Source: Mobula hypostoma (taxonomy: Eukaryota). From it: a stretch of 64,000 nucleotides of DNA. Shown piece by piece: positions 25,719 to 38,510 of this stretch; positions within the stretch are counted from its first letter, which is position 1, and every line of letters starts with the position of its first letter. The notes under the pieces were generated by a model. That model saw only the letters and a list, made by a program, of their open reading frames with translations, had not been told where the DNA came from and ran no database searches. The stretch covers positions 7,688,001 to 7,752,000 of the forward strand of contig NC_086097.1 in assembly GCF_963921235.1 (NCBI RefSeq), read 5' to 3'. A program made the position numbers and the translations under genes.

Positions 25719-26094
25719 GGTTAAAGGTTTCAGTAGTAGGCAGGCAGGCTTGAAAAAGCATTGTATCTGCAATCATGTCAGGTCCATTCTCCAGCATTTT
25801 CATCATGGACCTACAAGTTTTTGAACATACAAATATTTATCCAATTCCCTCTTCAAACTCATTGTTAAAACTGTGACCACTGCATTATCTGGTCAAAATT
25901 TCAGAAAAAAAGCTAATAGTGATTTAGAAACTTTTCCTTACACCACCTCTGAATCTTTCTGGCAACATTTTAAACCTGTGCCTTCTGGTTCTTGAAATCT
26001 CCATGAATGGGATTACTTTTTTTCTATTTACCATGCTTAAACAACTCAAGATTTTGTATACCCCCTTCAAGTCCTCTCGGAACCTTCTGAAAAA

Positions 26095-26685
26095 AGGATG
26101 TAATGCTGATGCTATATAAGACATTGGTCAGACGGCACTGTGTGCAGTTTTGGGCGTCTTTTTTAAGAAAAGATGTGCTGGCATTGGAGAGGATGCAGAA
26201 GTGGTACACAAGAATGATTCTTGGAATGAAAGGGTTAACATATGAGGAGCATTTGATGGCTCTGGGCCTACACTTGCTGGAGTTTCGAAAAGTAGGGGGG
26301 AATCTCATTGAAACCTATTGAATATTGAATGGCCTAGATAGAGTGGATGGGGCGAGGATGTTTCTTATAGTGAAGGAGTCTAGGAACAGAGGGCACAGAC
26401 TTAGAATAGAGGGACATTCATTTAAGATAGAGGTAAGGAGGAATTTCTTGAGCCAGATGGTTGTGAATCTGTGGAACTCATTGCCACAGATGGCTATGGA
26501 GACCAAGTCATTGAGTATATTTAAAGCAGAGGTTGATAAGTCCTTGATTATTCAGGGTGTCAAAGGTTTCAGGGAGAAGGCTGGAGAATGATGTTGAGAG
26601 GGATAATAAATCAGCCACGGTGGAATGCTGGAGAAAATCTAATGGGTTAAATGGACTAATTTTGCTCTTGTATTTTATCGTCTTA
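26095..26685 (+). mobile_element. CR1 3' fragment (adjacent to an older minus-strand CR1 fragment at about 25780-26090)
   Basis: MLMLYKTLVR..CVQFW..KDVLALER...RRNFLSQMVVNLWNSLP. Confidence 0.85.
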
Positions 26686-27507
26686 TTATTTTATCCTTAC
26701 CGTAAACTAGCCAATCTTTGTGAAGGAGAGAGCGTGGAATCACAAGTTCATTTTAAGGTTCAGTGAAGCACCAACATTTTCACTAAAGGCCCAGGAGTGG
26801 TGACAGGAATGGAGTATGTCTTGGCATCTGAAGATAGTAGCTCTGGATGTTTAAACTGGGAGATATTTTGGTAGCACTACATCTGAGGCCAGGGAACAGA
26901 GTTAATGCATAAGTCAAGAGGCAGATGTAACACTACTAGCAAATGCATAAAAAAATTAAAATTTAATTTTGTACCGTTTGCAGCTAAACCTATATGCAAA
27001 TTGAAATTATTTCCCTCATGGGAGGTTAGGAATGTGACTAATGTGGAAGGCTTCACATTCTTTCCAAAATAAATACAGGACATACAACTATAGCACACCC
27101 TTTACTCCACAGTGCCAAGAAAAACATCATGTGACTCACAATAGTCTGGCCAAATTGGATGGAGGCCAATGAAGACCTACAAAAGTGAAGCCAAGTCATC
27201 CTAGATAAAGCGAAAAAACATGCCACAGAATTGTGTAGAGTTAATTGATTTATGTAGCCATTTAGTCCTTGGTACTAGCTGTTAGGAAGTTGTTCGCGTT
27301 ATCTTCAATATTGCTTTACAGAATCGTAGGACTGTTGAGGCACAGAGGAACGTCATTTGGCCCAACACTTCTCCTGTACAGCAATGTGGTCACTCCCATT
27401 TCCCAGCCTTGCACATTACTCTCTTCAAGGTATCAGTTCTCTTTCTCTTCTGAATGATTCTGCTGCCTCCACCATCCTGACATTAAGTGAATTCCACATC
27501 ATAACAA

Positions 27508-29168
27508 CTCATCATCATCATCATCGTGTGCCATGTTGTATAATGTGGGCAATCATCATCATACCATGACCATGATTGTTCTTGGCAAATTTTTCTTCAG
27601 AAGTGATTTTCCATTGCCTTCTTATGGGCGGTGTCTTTACAAGATGGATGAGCCCAGCCATTATCAATACTCTTCCGAGATTGTTTGTCTGCAATCGGTG
27701 GACGCATAACCAGGAATTGTGATATGCACCAGCTTCTCACATGGCCGTCCACCACCTGGTCCCATGGCTTCACGTGACCCTGATTGGGACAGGGGGCTAA
27801 ATAGGTGCTATATTTTGCCTAAGAGTGAACTGCAAGATTCCGGAGGAAAGTATGTTGTTATGTACCCCCAGGGTTTATATTTTCTGTGGACTGTCACTTT
27901 AAAATGTCAGGAGAATGAGACTGACTTTTGGATATTGTTTGAGCTGCTCCAGAGAGAGAGAGAGGTGAAGTTATTTGATGGACAATCGAAGTTATGGTTT
28001 CTCTGCAGCTTGTTTAGAATATACAAGGACACACAGTTAGAGTCAAGATGGATTTGGTCAATGGAAGATACCAGTGAGATGGTCGCTGGTTTAAACATTC
28101 AGTAGCCCAAAAGGGGTGAGTTGAGATCAATCCTGAGTATTGATAAATGACTCTCACAAGTTTTCAGCAGCTAGAACAAGTTTGCAGGAAGAGAAGAGAG
28201 GCGAGATAGGTTTGAAACAGAAGAAACCTAGTGACACAGAAATCACTGTTTGGACTCTCTCTCTAAGTAGCCCGTGAGGGTGAGTTTGTTTCCATTCAAC
28301 TACAAAAGTGTGACTGTCATTTAGTTAATCCACGGGAGTGGGTTCTCTGGTGAGGGGAAAACCTTTGTGAATACCACGTGTGTATTTACCCTTGTCTGGG
28401 TGTGGTAGTTCACTGAAGAAAGACACCCCTGTGGCAAATCACTGTTGGAGTTACTTTGTATGTCGTGGAACTGGATAAGTGGCTACCACGTTGTGTGTTT
28501 AGGGTAACCTTGTGGAATCTACCGGTGCGTCGACCTTGTCTGGGTGGTGGTTCCGTTGAAGAGGGTCCCCTTTGTGATAAGCTACCGTTGGTGATAATCC
28601 ATAACTGGATTCTGTTGGAGTATCCTGTGGCCACCACTTTGAGATGTCCCGTAGTTGAATTCGGGTGTGGTGCCACTTGTGTTGAAAGGATATTCCTTGA
28701 AGATCACTGTCGGTGATACTTTGTGTGTGGAGTGGAACAATTTCGGAGATAAAACCTACTACTATTGTTATCTTGTATTGCTGTCATGGAATCTGTGGAA
28801 TATCGATGTAATTGCCTTCTCACAACATTTGCCTTCGGTTTACAAGTATCTCACATTAATTAACCTGTGCATCTGAACTGAACTTTTCTTACCTACCATC
28901 GTAAGTCTGTATCACTTACCACCTAAGCTTGAAGAAGTTTGTGTTTTATATTTCCACACCTATATATGCATAAACTTTGCTAACCTGTTTGATTTATCTG
29001 GTTATATATTACTGCATTGCGTAGTTACCAATAAAAATAGTGTTAGTAAACTGCAAAAACAGACTCCAGGTGTGTTCCATTTCTGCTGGTTCTTTAACCC
29101 ATCCCAGGTACGTAACAAGGATCACCTTATACCTCCTTTGGTACAGACGTATCTCCACCCCACCACCC
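27508..29168 (-). mobile_element. RTE-related non-autonomous/SINE-like element split by a solo LTR
   Basis: BovB/Bov-A-like motif GAAGGCAATGG.AAA.CACTTC on the minus strand and a (GAT)n tail; related copies at 43035-43383 (-) and 43997-44208 (+). Confidence 0.75.
27856..29117 (+). mobile_element. Solo LTR, about 1.26 kb
   Basis: TGTTATGTACC...GGTACGTAACA 11-bp inverted ends with 1 mismatch; AATAAA near 29030; internal direct repeats near 28440 and 28705; interrupts the element above. Confidence 0.85.
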
Positions 29169-32061
29169 AGAACAACTCATCACACACACAGAAATAAAAT
29201 TCCTCTCATCTCTCTTGTACCTTTGGACCCAATTTTTAAATTTGAGTCTCCCTCTTCTCTATATTTTCACTGAAATCTTGAAACATGCTAACAGAAAGAG
29301 TTGATCTCTATTTACGCTCTTTAAACTTTTCTTGATCTGGTTCTGTAAGTTTCTCAACTTTCATTGTTCCAATGAGAAAAGCCTCGGTTTTGCAGTCTAA
29401 ACATACTGTTGTAATCCTTCACCCCCGGAACTATAATACCATCAGTGCATTAGAAGTAGGAACAAGGGTTAGCTGTTTAATCCTTTACAATAGGCTCACG
29501 ACTGACCTAACATTCCTCATGACCTAACATTCCTGCCCCTTTCTTGATTTCCTTCTTAACTAGGTATCTATCTTTTTGGGCTTTCTGTACACACATGGTG
29601 TCTTTCCCATAGCTCTCTGCAACAAATAAAGCTTCCAAATTGTCTCAACTTTCTGATAGAAGAAATTCTTCTTCCTCTTGAGACCATGCCCTCCGCTTCC
29701 GGAGCTGTCCATGTGAAGAAGGACTCTCGCAGAACTCCCTTAGAAGATAATATGTTTTAGTGAGAATCACCTCTTATTCTTCTGAACTGCAACAAGAAAA
29801 CTTCCAGCTTCCTAATATTTCTTCCTAGGATAATCCCTCTATAATTAGGATCATCCTAGTGAACTTGCACTGAACTGCAGCCAATGAAATGATACCTTTC
29901 TTATAATATTCATGCATTCCGGTAAATCTTCTGCATCTTTGGGGAAGTGTAACACCAGATTTTGTGCAGGATCAGACAAATGTCCCATAAATTGCCTAAA
30001 TCAAGCAGCACTGTCAGGTTGCTTCAAATCAGATTGTTTCTTTTTCCCCCTGATAGTTTGTCATTTTTATCAGGTTCAACTTAGTCTATAGAAAAAGTGA
30101 TATATTAATTATCTATTAATTAAGTTTTAACAAAAGAATCCCCAGCTTTGGACATAACTTACTTTTAGAATGTCTGTTGCATCTGTCTTATTTCAATTTG
30201 CCAAAGAACAACACTGTCATCTGATCTGGATACTCACAACTTTGAGGTCAAAGATTCACACAGCAAGCAGACACACCACTCACATTCTGAAAAGTACACA
30301 ATTTTCTTTCCAATTTACCTTTCAAGTGCTTAATTTCTTTTTTTATTGGAAGGTTCTCACCACAGCCCATTCCTGCTGTGCACATAAAACAAACTGGGGA
30401 ATTGTACTTGAACTTCAGCCACATGATTAAGTTGCACAGTTAAATGCCTAGCCCTCTTCTATAGTAATCAAATCCTGCAGATTTAGGCCAATCAATATCA
30501 CCTGTGGCAGTCTACAAGAAAGTTCTGGGAGAGGAATATGTTGCTGGCACCAAGCAGATCCGATCATCAAGATTGTTGAGTCTAATTAGTACTCCAAACC
30601 TGTAGGCTTCAATACGTGGTCGAAGTTTAGCTGAACGGTAGCCAAAAGGACCATGAAAAATGGTGACCAGAGAATCATTAGACTGACTAAATATTATATA
30701 GGATCAGAATCACAGTCAGGGTTAATATCACTGGCATATGTCGTGAAATTTTTGTCTTTGCGGCAGCAGTAAACTGCAATATAAAATAATAGAAAAAAGC
30801 TATGAATTACTGTATATATATATATTTGTAAAATTGCTAAATTTAAATTTAATAAGTAGTGCAAAAATAGAAATAAACAAGTAGTTCATAGGTTCATTTT
30901 CATTCAGAAGTCAAATGGAAGAGGGGAAGAAGCTGTTCCTGAATTACTCAGTGTGTGGCTTCAGTCTCCTGTTCCTCCTCTTTGATGGTAGCAATGAAAA
31001 AAGGGCATGAGGTGGGTAACAGGGGATTCATGGGTGATTTCCTACCTGTTATTAGTTCTCTCATAAACTCATGGACAGGACTTAATAATATACTCCACAA
31101 ACATAGTGGTGTGATCTATATGCAACCGGGTGACCGTCGAATCTTATCCAGTTTCGTTAAAAGTGTATTTAGGCATCCATCTGGGTAACGCTAGAATAGT
31201 TGTCTGTGCCTTTAGGTGGAGACGATGATGTCATTACGCACGCACGGGATAGTGGGGAGACCATTTTTGTTTCCTGCAGAAGAAGCTGGTGGGGCTTTGG
31301 GATTAAGTTCCTCCCAGAGGTACTGGGCATGATGAGGAACGGTGAGTATTAATTAACGATATCCATGTGAGTTCGTTTATGCTTGTTGGCGAATGAGAAT
31401 ATCGGTAATTTGACATGTTTTACATGTGGATGCTTTAGATTTTCACGAGTGAAGGCATCGGTGCTGGATAACGTGGCTTGTGCAAAGTTCCTTACCAGCG
31501 AAGTAGGTCAGTCTTCCTGTAATTTAACTACCAGGCAATATCCTGTAAAAGTTGTGCCAAAGTGTACCTTTTGTCTAACTTTATTGTATCATGACTAATT
31601 GTGAATGTAACAGCGTAACGTGAATGTTTAGTCTCTGTTTGGAAGTTAAGCACATGTGTACTAAAAGGGAGCAGACGTCTTAGATGAGATGTATTCGCTT
31701 ACATTTTCACTGCTATGTATAAGATACAGGGTTGGTGGGATTCTAATGTTGTTTGTATTGTGTTCCTTCAGAATTGCCACTACCGTATTAGTTTTGTATT
31801 AGTTTTGTGCGGTTTGCTTTATGTATTTTTATCCGTCGATACACAAGGGCATGGATCGAAAGTTAAACTGAGATTGTAATGGAAGGGACTGGTTGTAAAT
31901 TCGTTTGTTTTGTTGTGAGACCCTATTCTGGCACTAAAACATCTAAAAAAGATAAAGGAATTAAGACCGGAAAAAGTATTTGTTGTCTTGATGTATACTT
32001 TTCCCCAGGCTACAAAATTTAGTTTTAAAGATTGGGCAAAAAACACACAACTGTAAGATTG

Positions 32062-32190
32062 CAACACACACAAAATGCTGGAGCAACTCAGCAGGTTCGA
32101 CAGCATCAATGGAAAAGTTGACATTTCAGGCCAAGACCCTTCATCAGGACTGAATTTCCAGCATCTGCAGATTTTCTCTGGTTTGGCATG
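32062..32190 (-). mobile_element. Penelope-like pLTR fragment with hammerhead motif
   Basis: Minus strand reads CAGTC CTGATGA AGGG TCTTGG CCT GAAA TG TC AACT (32115-32152). Confidence 0.8.
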
Positions 32191-32261
32191 CCTTGAAATC
32201 ATGTGTTGAAAGGATCAGACACATTGCATTCCTTTTTCCCTCCCCAGCACAGTCCTGTGTT

Positions 32262-32857
32262 ACACACATCAAAGTTGCTGGTGAATGCAGCAGGCCAGGC
32301 AGCATCTCTAGGAAGAAGTACAGTCGATGTTTTGGGCCGAGACCCTTCGTCAGGACTAACTGAAGGAAGAGCTAGTAAGAGATTTGAAAGTGGGAGGGGG
32401 AGGGGGAGATCCAAAATGATAGGAGAAGACAGGAGGGGAAGGATGGAGCCAAGAGCTGGACAGGTGATTGGCAAAAGGGATATGAGAGGATCATGGGACA
32501 GGAGGCCCAGGGAGAAGGAAAAGGGGGAGGGGGGGAAACCCAGAGGATGGGCAAGGGGTATAGTCAGAGGGACAGAGGGAGAAAAGGGAGAGAGAAAGAA
32601 TATGTGTACATAAATAAATAATGGATGGGGTACAAGGGGGAGGTGGGGCATTAGCGGAAGTTAGAGAAGTCAATGTTCATGCCATCAGGTTGGAAGCTAC
32701 CCGGACGGAATATAAGGTGTCGTTCCTCCAACCAGAGTGTGGCTTCATCTTTACAGTAGAGGAGGCCATGGATGGACATATCAGAATAGGAATGGGATGT
32801 GGAATTAAAATGTGTGGCCACCGGGAGATCCTGCTATCTCTGGTGGACAGAGCGTAG
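32262..32857 (-). mobile_element. Penelope-like element 3' end (GIY-YIG C-terminus and pLTR with hammerhead motif)
   Basis: Minus-strand translation QDLPVATHFNSTSHSYSDMSIHGL...LEERHLIFR.GS.QPDGMNIDFSNF; hammerhead motif at 32321-32358. Confidence 0.9.
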
Positions 32858-32884
32858 GTGTATGCTGTTTAAAGTCATTTAAAT

Positions 32885-33245
32885 CATGTCTCAACGAGGG
32901 CAGTTTACTCACCAGCCTCTGAGGGATGATTGTGCTAGACGCTGAGCTGAAGTCAATGAATACCGTCCTGGCATATGAGGCATCCTTTTCTAGGTGGGAC
33001 AGGAAGGAGTGGAGAGTTGAAACTAAGGCATCATCAATGGACCAGTTTGAGTGGGAGGCAAATTGGAAAGGATCCAATGTAGCCGAAAGGTGTGATTTTA
33101 TATGATCCATTACCTGCCACTCAGAGCTCTTCAGGATTGTTGAGGTCTGTGCCACTGGGCTGTTACAATCACTCTCTTGGACTCCAGAATGATGGTGACT
33201 TCCTTGAAGCCTATAGGGACAGTGGACTGTTTCAAAGAAGCACGG
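32885..33245 (-). mobile_element. Rex1/Babar RT fragment
   Basis: LDPFQFA..SIDDAL..YARTVFIDFSSA.STIIP. Confidence 0.8.
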
Positions 33246-33889
33246 CTATATTTATGTATAGTCAGATGACATCAGCTTGAAGTTCAAAATCTATTAGCTC
33301 TGGTCCTTGATCTTAAAATATCCTACATTAAATTTTGAAGATTGCACTCTTTCTTGGGAAGAGGTTTTACCAATGGGTCATATTAGTATGATAAGATTTG
33401 ATTCTCTCTACCTAACTAGACTAATAATATTGAAGTGGAATGAACACAGAACAGGACAGCTCCACACTGGTCCTTGAGCCCATGATGTTGTGCAGACCTT
33501 ATAATCTACTTTAAGATCATTCTAACCTTTCCCCCCCAGTTTTCTATCATCCATGTGCCTATCTTTCTTAAATGCCCCTAATGTATCTGCTTCTGCCCCA
33601 ACACTTGGCAGGCTGTTCCATGCACTTCCCCACACTCTATGTAAAAAAAAAACTTTCCTCTGACCCACCCACCCCCACATATTTTCCTCCTATTATTTCA
33701 AAATCATGACTCCTGGTACTATGAAAACTTCTTTGGCTATCCACTCTATATATGCCTCTTATCTTCTCATCCTCCTTCACTCTAACTAGAAAAACTCTTC
33801 CTCATTTAACAGATGAGTACAGAATTGTGTATCCCCATATATTCCAGTCTCATGCAACGAGTAATTAGGCTCCAGCAACACAGCCTCCC

Positions 33890-34130
33890 AAACATGCTAT
33901 TGCAGCTCAGGGAGTTAGACTTAAGGGTTCAATTTGGAAGCTGTCTGTATGTCCTCCCCATAATTGCATGGGTTTCCTCCAGGTGCTCCGGTTTCCTCCC
34001 ACAGTCTGAAGACATACTGGTTAGCAGGTCAATTGGCCTTTAGAAACTGTCCTAGTGATTAGGCCAGTATTAAAAAGGTGGCTTGCTGGACATTGCGGTT
34101 CTGAGCCGTATCTCTAAATAAATAAATAAA
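33890..34130 (+). mobile_element. V-SINE (HE1-like)
   Basis: GGGTTCAAT B box, GGGTTTCCTCCAGGTGCTCCGGTTTCCTCCCACAGTC V-domain and (TAAA)n tail. Confidence 0.85.
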
Positions 34131-34184
34131 ATGTAACTCAGACTCCCAGACACGCCAAGGAGAAGAACTGTTGTATAGGAAGTA

Positions 34185-35150
34185 AGAACATAAGACTATA
34201 AGATATAAGAGCAGAATTAGGCCACTTGACCCATCGAGTCTGCTTTGCCATTTCATCATGGCTGATTCATTTTCCCTCTCAATCCCAATCTCCCCATATC
34301 CCTTCATGCCCTGACTAACCAAGAATCTGTCAACCTTTGTCTTAAATATACCCAACAACTTGGCCTCCGCAGCCAATTGTGGCAACAAATCCCATAGATG
34401 CATCATTCTCTGCCTAAAGAAATCCCTCCCCATCTCTAAAAGGACACCCCTCTATTCTGTGGCTGTGTCCTCTGGTCTTAGACTCTCCCACCATAGGAAA
34501 CATCCTCTCCACATCCACTCTATTAAGGCATTTCAACATTCGATAGGTTTCAATGAGGTCACCCCTCATTCTTCTGAATTCCAGTGAGTGAAGGCCCAGA
34601 GCCATCAAACACTCCTCATAGGATCAGCCTTTTTAATCCCAGGATTATTTTTGTGAACCTCCTTTGAACCCCCTTCAATGTCAGAACATCCTTTCTTAGA
34701 TAAGGGGCCCAAAACTACTCACAATACTCAGTGTGGCCTTACTGCTATCCTATAAAGTGTCAATATTACATTTGCTTTTATATTCAAGTCCTGTTGAAAT
34801 GAATGCTAACATCTCATTTGCCTTCCTCACCCCCGACTCAACCTGCAAGTTAACCTTTAGGGAATCCTGCAGAAGGACATCCAAGTCCCTTTGCACCTCA
34901 GATTTTTGAATTTTTTCTCCATTTAGAAATTAGTCAACCTTTTCATTTCTTCTACCAAGGTGGATGACCATACATTTCCCAACACTATATTCCATCTGCC
35001 ACTTCTTTGTCCATTCTGCTAATCAGTCTAAGTCCTTCTGTAGCCTCTCTATCTCCTCAAAACTAACTTCCTTTCCACCTATCTTTATATTGTCCTTAAA
35101 CTTGGCCATAAAGCCATCAAATTCCGTCATCCAAATCATTGAGATTTAAT
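34185..35150 (-). mobile_element. CR1 3' fragment
   Basis: ALGLHSLEFRRMRGDLIETY..TRGHS motif and ATAAGA tail. Confidence 0.85.
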
Positions 35151-36765
35151 GTAAAAAAAAGTAGTCATTTTGGGTTCAGGAAAACTGTAGTTGCTTGTTT
35201 TTAGCTGGGAGATGCTGTTTTTTCTGTTTAAAAGTCTGTAAGTGCAATCCAATTGCAGCTGTAACACTTCTGGGTAGTTCTGAACTAGTTTATCAGTTCC
35301 TGCCAGAGTCACCTTACACATAGGCACTTGCGTATCCAGCCTCACTTTATGGACACATAAGCGTACTTACATATTTATATTTATTGTGTTTTTTTTTATT
35401 ATTGTGTTCTTTATCTTATTTTGTGTTTTTTTTGTGCTGCATCAGGTCCAGAGTAACAATTATTTCATTCTCTTTTACACTTGTGTACTGGAAATGATAT
35501 ACAACAATTTTAATCGTCTTAAATGTTAAATGATAAATGACTTATGTGAAATGAGTGTTCTGAAGTTCCTATATTAAACCCAAGGGAGGAGGTGCTGGAG
35601 TTGGTGAGGGAGAGGATAGAGGCATGGTGGACGCATTGGAATCCTTGCCGGGTTGAAGACTAGCCCCTTCTGGCTGGCTCTCAATGGTGTGACACTCCAG
35701 TGTTTAGTCCCTGGAAGTCAAGTTGAATTGCTTTCAACTTTGGCTGCTGGAGAAGTGGAACTGCTGTGTGCTTGTTCCTGCAGAAGCATGGCTCCAGGAC
35801 AACATCCCATGCACCATGAATCGTCAGGTCATGCCAATCGGGGAGTTGTTCCAAAATTATTTGGTTACTGTATGAACCATTACAACTTTACGTACAGACT
35901 GTTACAGCTATGTGTGTTCTGTGTGACTGTAGATACTGTTACAACTATATGTGCTCTGTGTGACTGTATGTACTATTTTTTCACCTTGGCCTGGGAAGAA
36001 CACTGTTTGGTTTAGTTGTATACAGATGTATGGTTGAATGATAACTAAATTTGAACTTAATCTAAATATTAAGCAATTCATTTGTACTTTTAAATTAATT
36101 TCTAGTAATTTAAAGTACTTGCAATTTAGTTCTGATTTTTTTAATTATTTAAGTCTACCTTAAATATCAGAGATATTTAAAACCATTTGAGGATTTGTCA
36201 AGGCCTTTAGGCCTTGCACAAATCAAGTCCTCAGGATCTGACTCTTAGCACTCAGCTGCTGCCCCACAACACCCCCTGTCTTGTGGGATAGTCACCTTGG
36301 TTGGCCGGCCTTCTGCTTCCTTAGCAATGTGACATGCATCATGGGCTCTGAGTTTGGGAAGAAGGATCAAAGTTCAAAGTAAATTTATTATAGAAGTACA
36401 TATATGTCACCTGTTCCATTTTGCTCATTTTTTTGTGCGGGAGGAGGAACTTGAGGGTCGCTGTGCCTGATCTGTTTTGTTCATCTTTTATGTGGGAGGA
36501 AAGATTTGGAGGTCAATGTGCCTCATCCATTTTGTTCATTTTTTTATGCAGGAAGAGGGGTTTGGGGGTTGATGTGCCTCTTCTGTTTTTGTTTTTTTTT
36601 GAAGGGGGGTGGGATTTGGAGATTGATGGTCCTTTTCTTCTGGGTTTCATGGCTGCCAGGGGAATTGAAGAATTTCAGAGTTGTATACTTTGCTTTGATA
36701 GTAAATAGACCCTTAACCTTTGGATCTTTGAAACTTTTGAGATTCATTTTCTTATGGGCATTCAC

Positions 36766-36798
36766 TGTGTGTGTGTGTGTGTGTGTGTCTGTGTCTGT

Positions 36799-36828
<30 letters not shown>
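36766..36828. repeat. (GT)n microsatellite, forming the tail of the adjacent RTE-type element
   Basis: Directly visible, interrupted by GTCT units. Confidence 0.95.
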
Positions 36829-36829
<1 letters not shown>

Positions 36830-37430
36830 GCCTCTGTCGGTCGTGGTCGACCATGGGTACTGCGCCTCTGGTAGTCACTGGGGAGTGGCCTCCTCCAGGG
36901 TACAAGCCAGGGCAGAGTTGATATGGAGATCCGTCTGTTGCCCATGCAGTGGGACCCCCCTCTCCATGCTGATGACAGGTCCAAAGGAATGACGGATGTC
37001 GATACAGTTTGGTGCCAGCAGCCTCGCAAGAGTTGCCGTGTCGGAGCTGGGTACAGCAGTCAGCCGCCTTCGGGAATCCGACTCCGGATTTTTCCTTGGG
37101 GTTTACTCTCAAAGCCTTTCCCGAGAGCAGGTATAGCCGCATGGCAGCGGAGGTTTGAAATCGGAGTTTTCCCTCTCCTAGATGAGCTACCATCCGTGGT
37201 TTGACAAGCCCCATCTGCCTGAAGCAACTGGTTTTAAGGCGCCAGTGTCCCCCCTTTGCCCCTTCTCCTGTCAGTGAGAACAGCCCTGCCGGGCATAAGA
37301 CCTATGCCACACGTGAAGGCCAGGAGTTGGACTTGGTTGTCAGAGGCTGTTTGAGACGCACGCCATGAAGAGCATTCGTTTAGCAGTGGGAGCTCGTCCC
37401 CACTACCATCCTTCAGCTATGCCAGCTTTG
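36829..37430 (-). mobile_element. Non-autonomous RTE-type element (structured 5' part plus RTE 3' end)
   Basis: Its terminus GACCATGG..TGCGCCT resembles the RTE terminus at 23765-23802; GC-rich and non-coding; (CA)n tail. Confidence 0.7.
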
Positions 37431-38379
37431 GAGCATTCACAGTAAATACACAGAAACACAGTAGAATAAATGGAAAAATGCACAAAAGATGGATAAAAAT
37501 CAAATGTGCAAAAGACAATAAATTGAGCATATACAAAAAATAATAATAATAATAATAATAGAAAACATTAAAAATCTACACAAATACAGATAAGACTTCT
37601 AAGGATATACTTTCATTAATAAAAACAGGAATCAGTTCCGAGCAATTGACGAATGAGCGTGCTTGGTTATACCCGTACCTCAGGCTTTACCATCTTGAGC
37701 TGAGAAAAAATATGAATAATAATAATAAATAAGCAATAAATATTGAGAACATAAGATGAAGAGTCCTTGAAAGTGAGTCCATAGGTTATGGGAATAGGTT
37801 AGTGATGGGGCAAGTGAATTTAAGTGAATTTATCCCTGCTGTTTCCAGAGCCTGATGGCTGAGGGGTAATAACTGTGGTGTGAATCCTGATGCTCCTGTA
37901 CCTTCTTCCTGATGGCAGCAGTGAGAAGAGAGCACGGTCTGGGAGTGGGAGTTATTGATGATGGATGCTGTTTTCCTGCAACAGTACTGCATGTTGATGT
38001 TCTCAGTGGTGGGGAGATATTTACTTGTGATGGACTGCGCTGTATCCATTACTTTTTGATGGATCCAGGACAATTTTTCTCATTGTGGCACTGTTATTCT
38101 CGTTTTTTAAAAGTACTGACTCTAATGTGGGAGTGGATGTGATATTCAAAATAGGCATTCAAAAGTTGCTGTCTAATTCGTCCATTCTGAGGTTGCAAGA
38201 TAGCCTCCACATTACTTCCCTTAACTCCAATGGATGCTCTGAAATTCTTGTGAGAGCATAAACTCTATAGCAAACTAATATTTATATGAAATAAATGTAT
38301 TAACTAACTATTTCAGACAAAATATTGTAATGTTCTTTTATGATATGGTTATAAATTAATTTAAGATTGAACAATTTCA

Positions 38380-38510
38380 AACATGAGAAAATCTGCAAAT
38401 GCTGGAAATCCAAATCAACACACACAAAATGTTGGAGGAACTCAGCAGGCCAGGCAGCATCTATGGAAAAGAGTAAACAGTCGACGTTTCAGGCTGAGAC
38501 CCTTCATCAG
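38380..38510 (-). mobile_element. Penelope-like pLTR fragment with intact hammerhead core
   Basis: Minus strand reads CTGATGA AGGG TCTCAG CCT GAAA CG TC GACTG (38478-38510). Confidence 0.85.

Noticed and set aside
30160..30300. Minus-strand exon or 3-nt microexon (TTTTCAG AAT GTGAGT)
   Set aside because: The polypyrimidine tract is weak, most frames have stops, and nothing supports it beyond short motifs.
36544..37214. 150-161-aa ORFs with HT repeats
   Set aside because: Artefacts of the (GT)n microsatellite and adjacent repeats.
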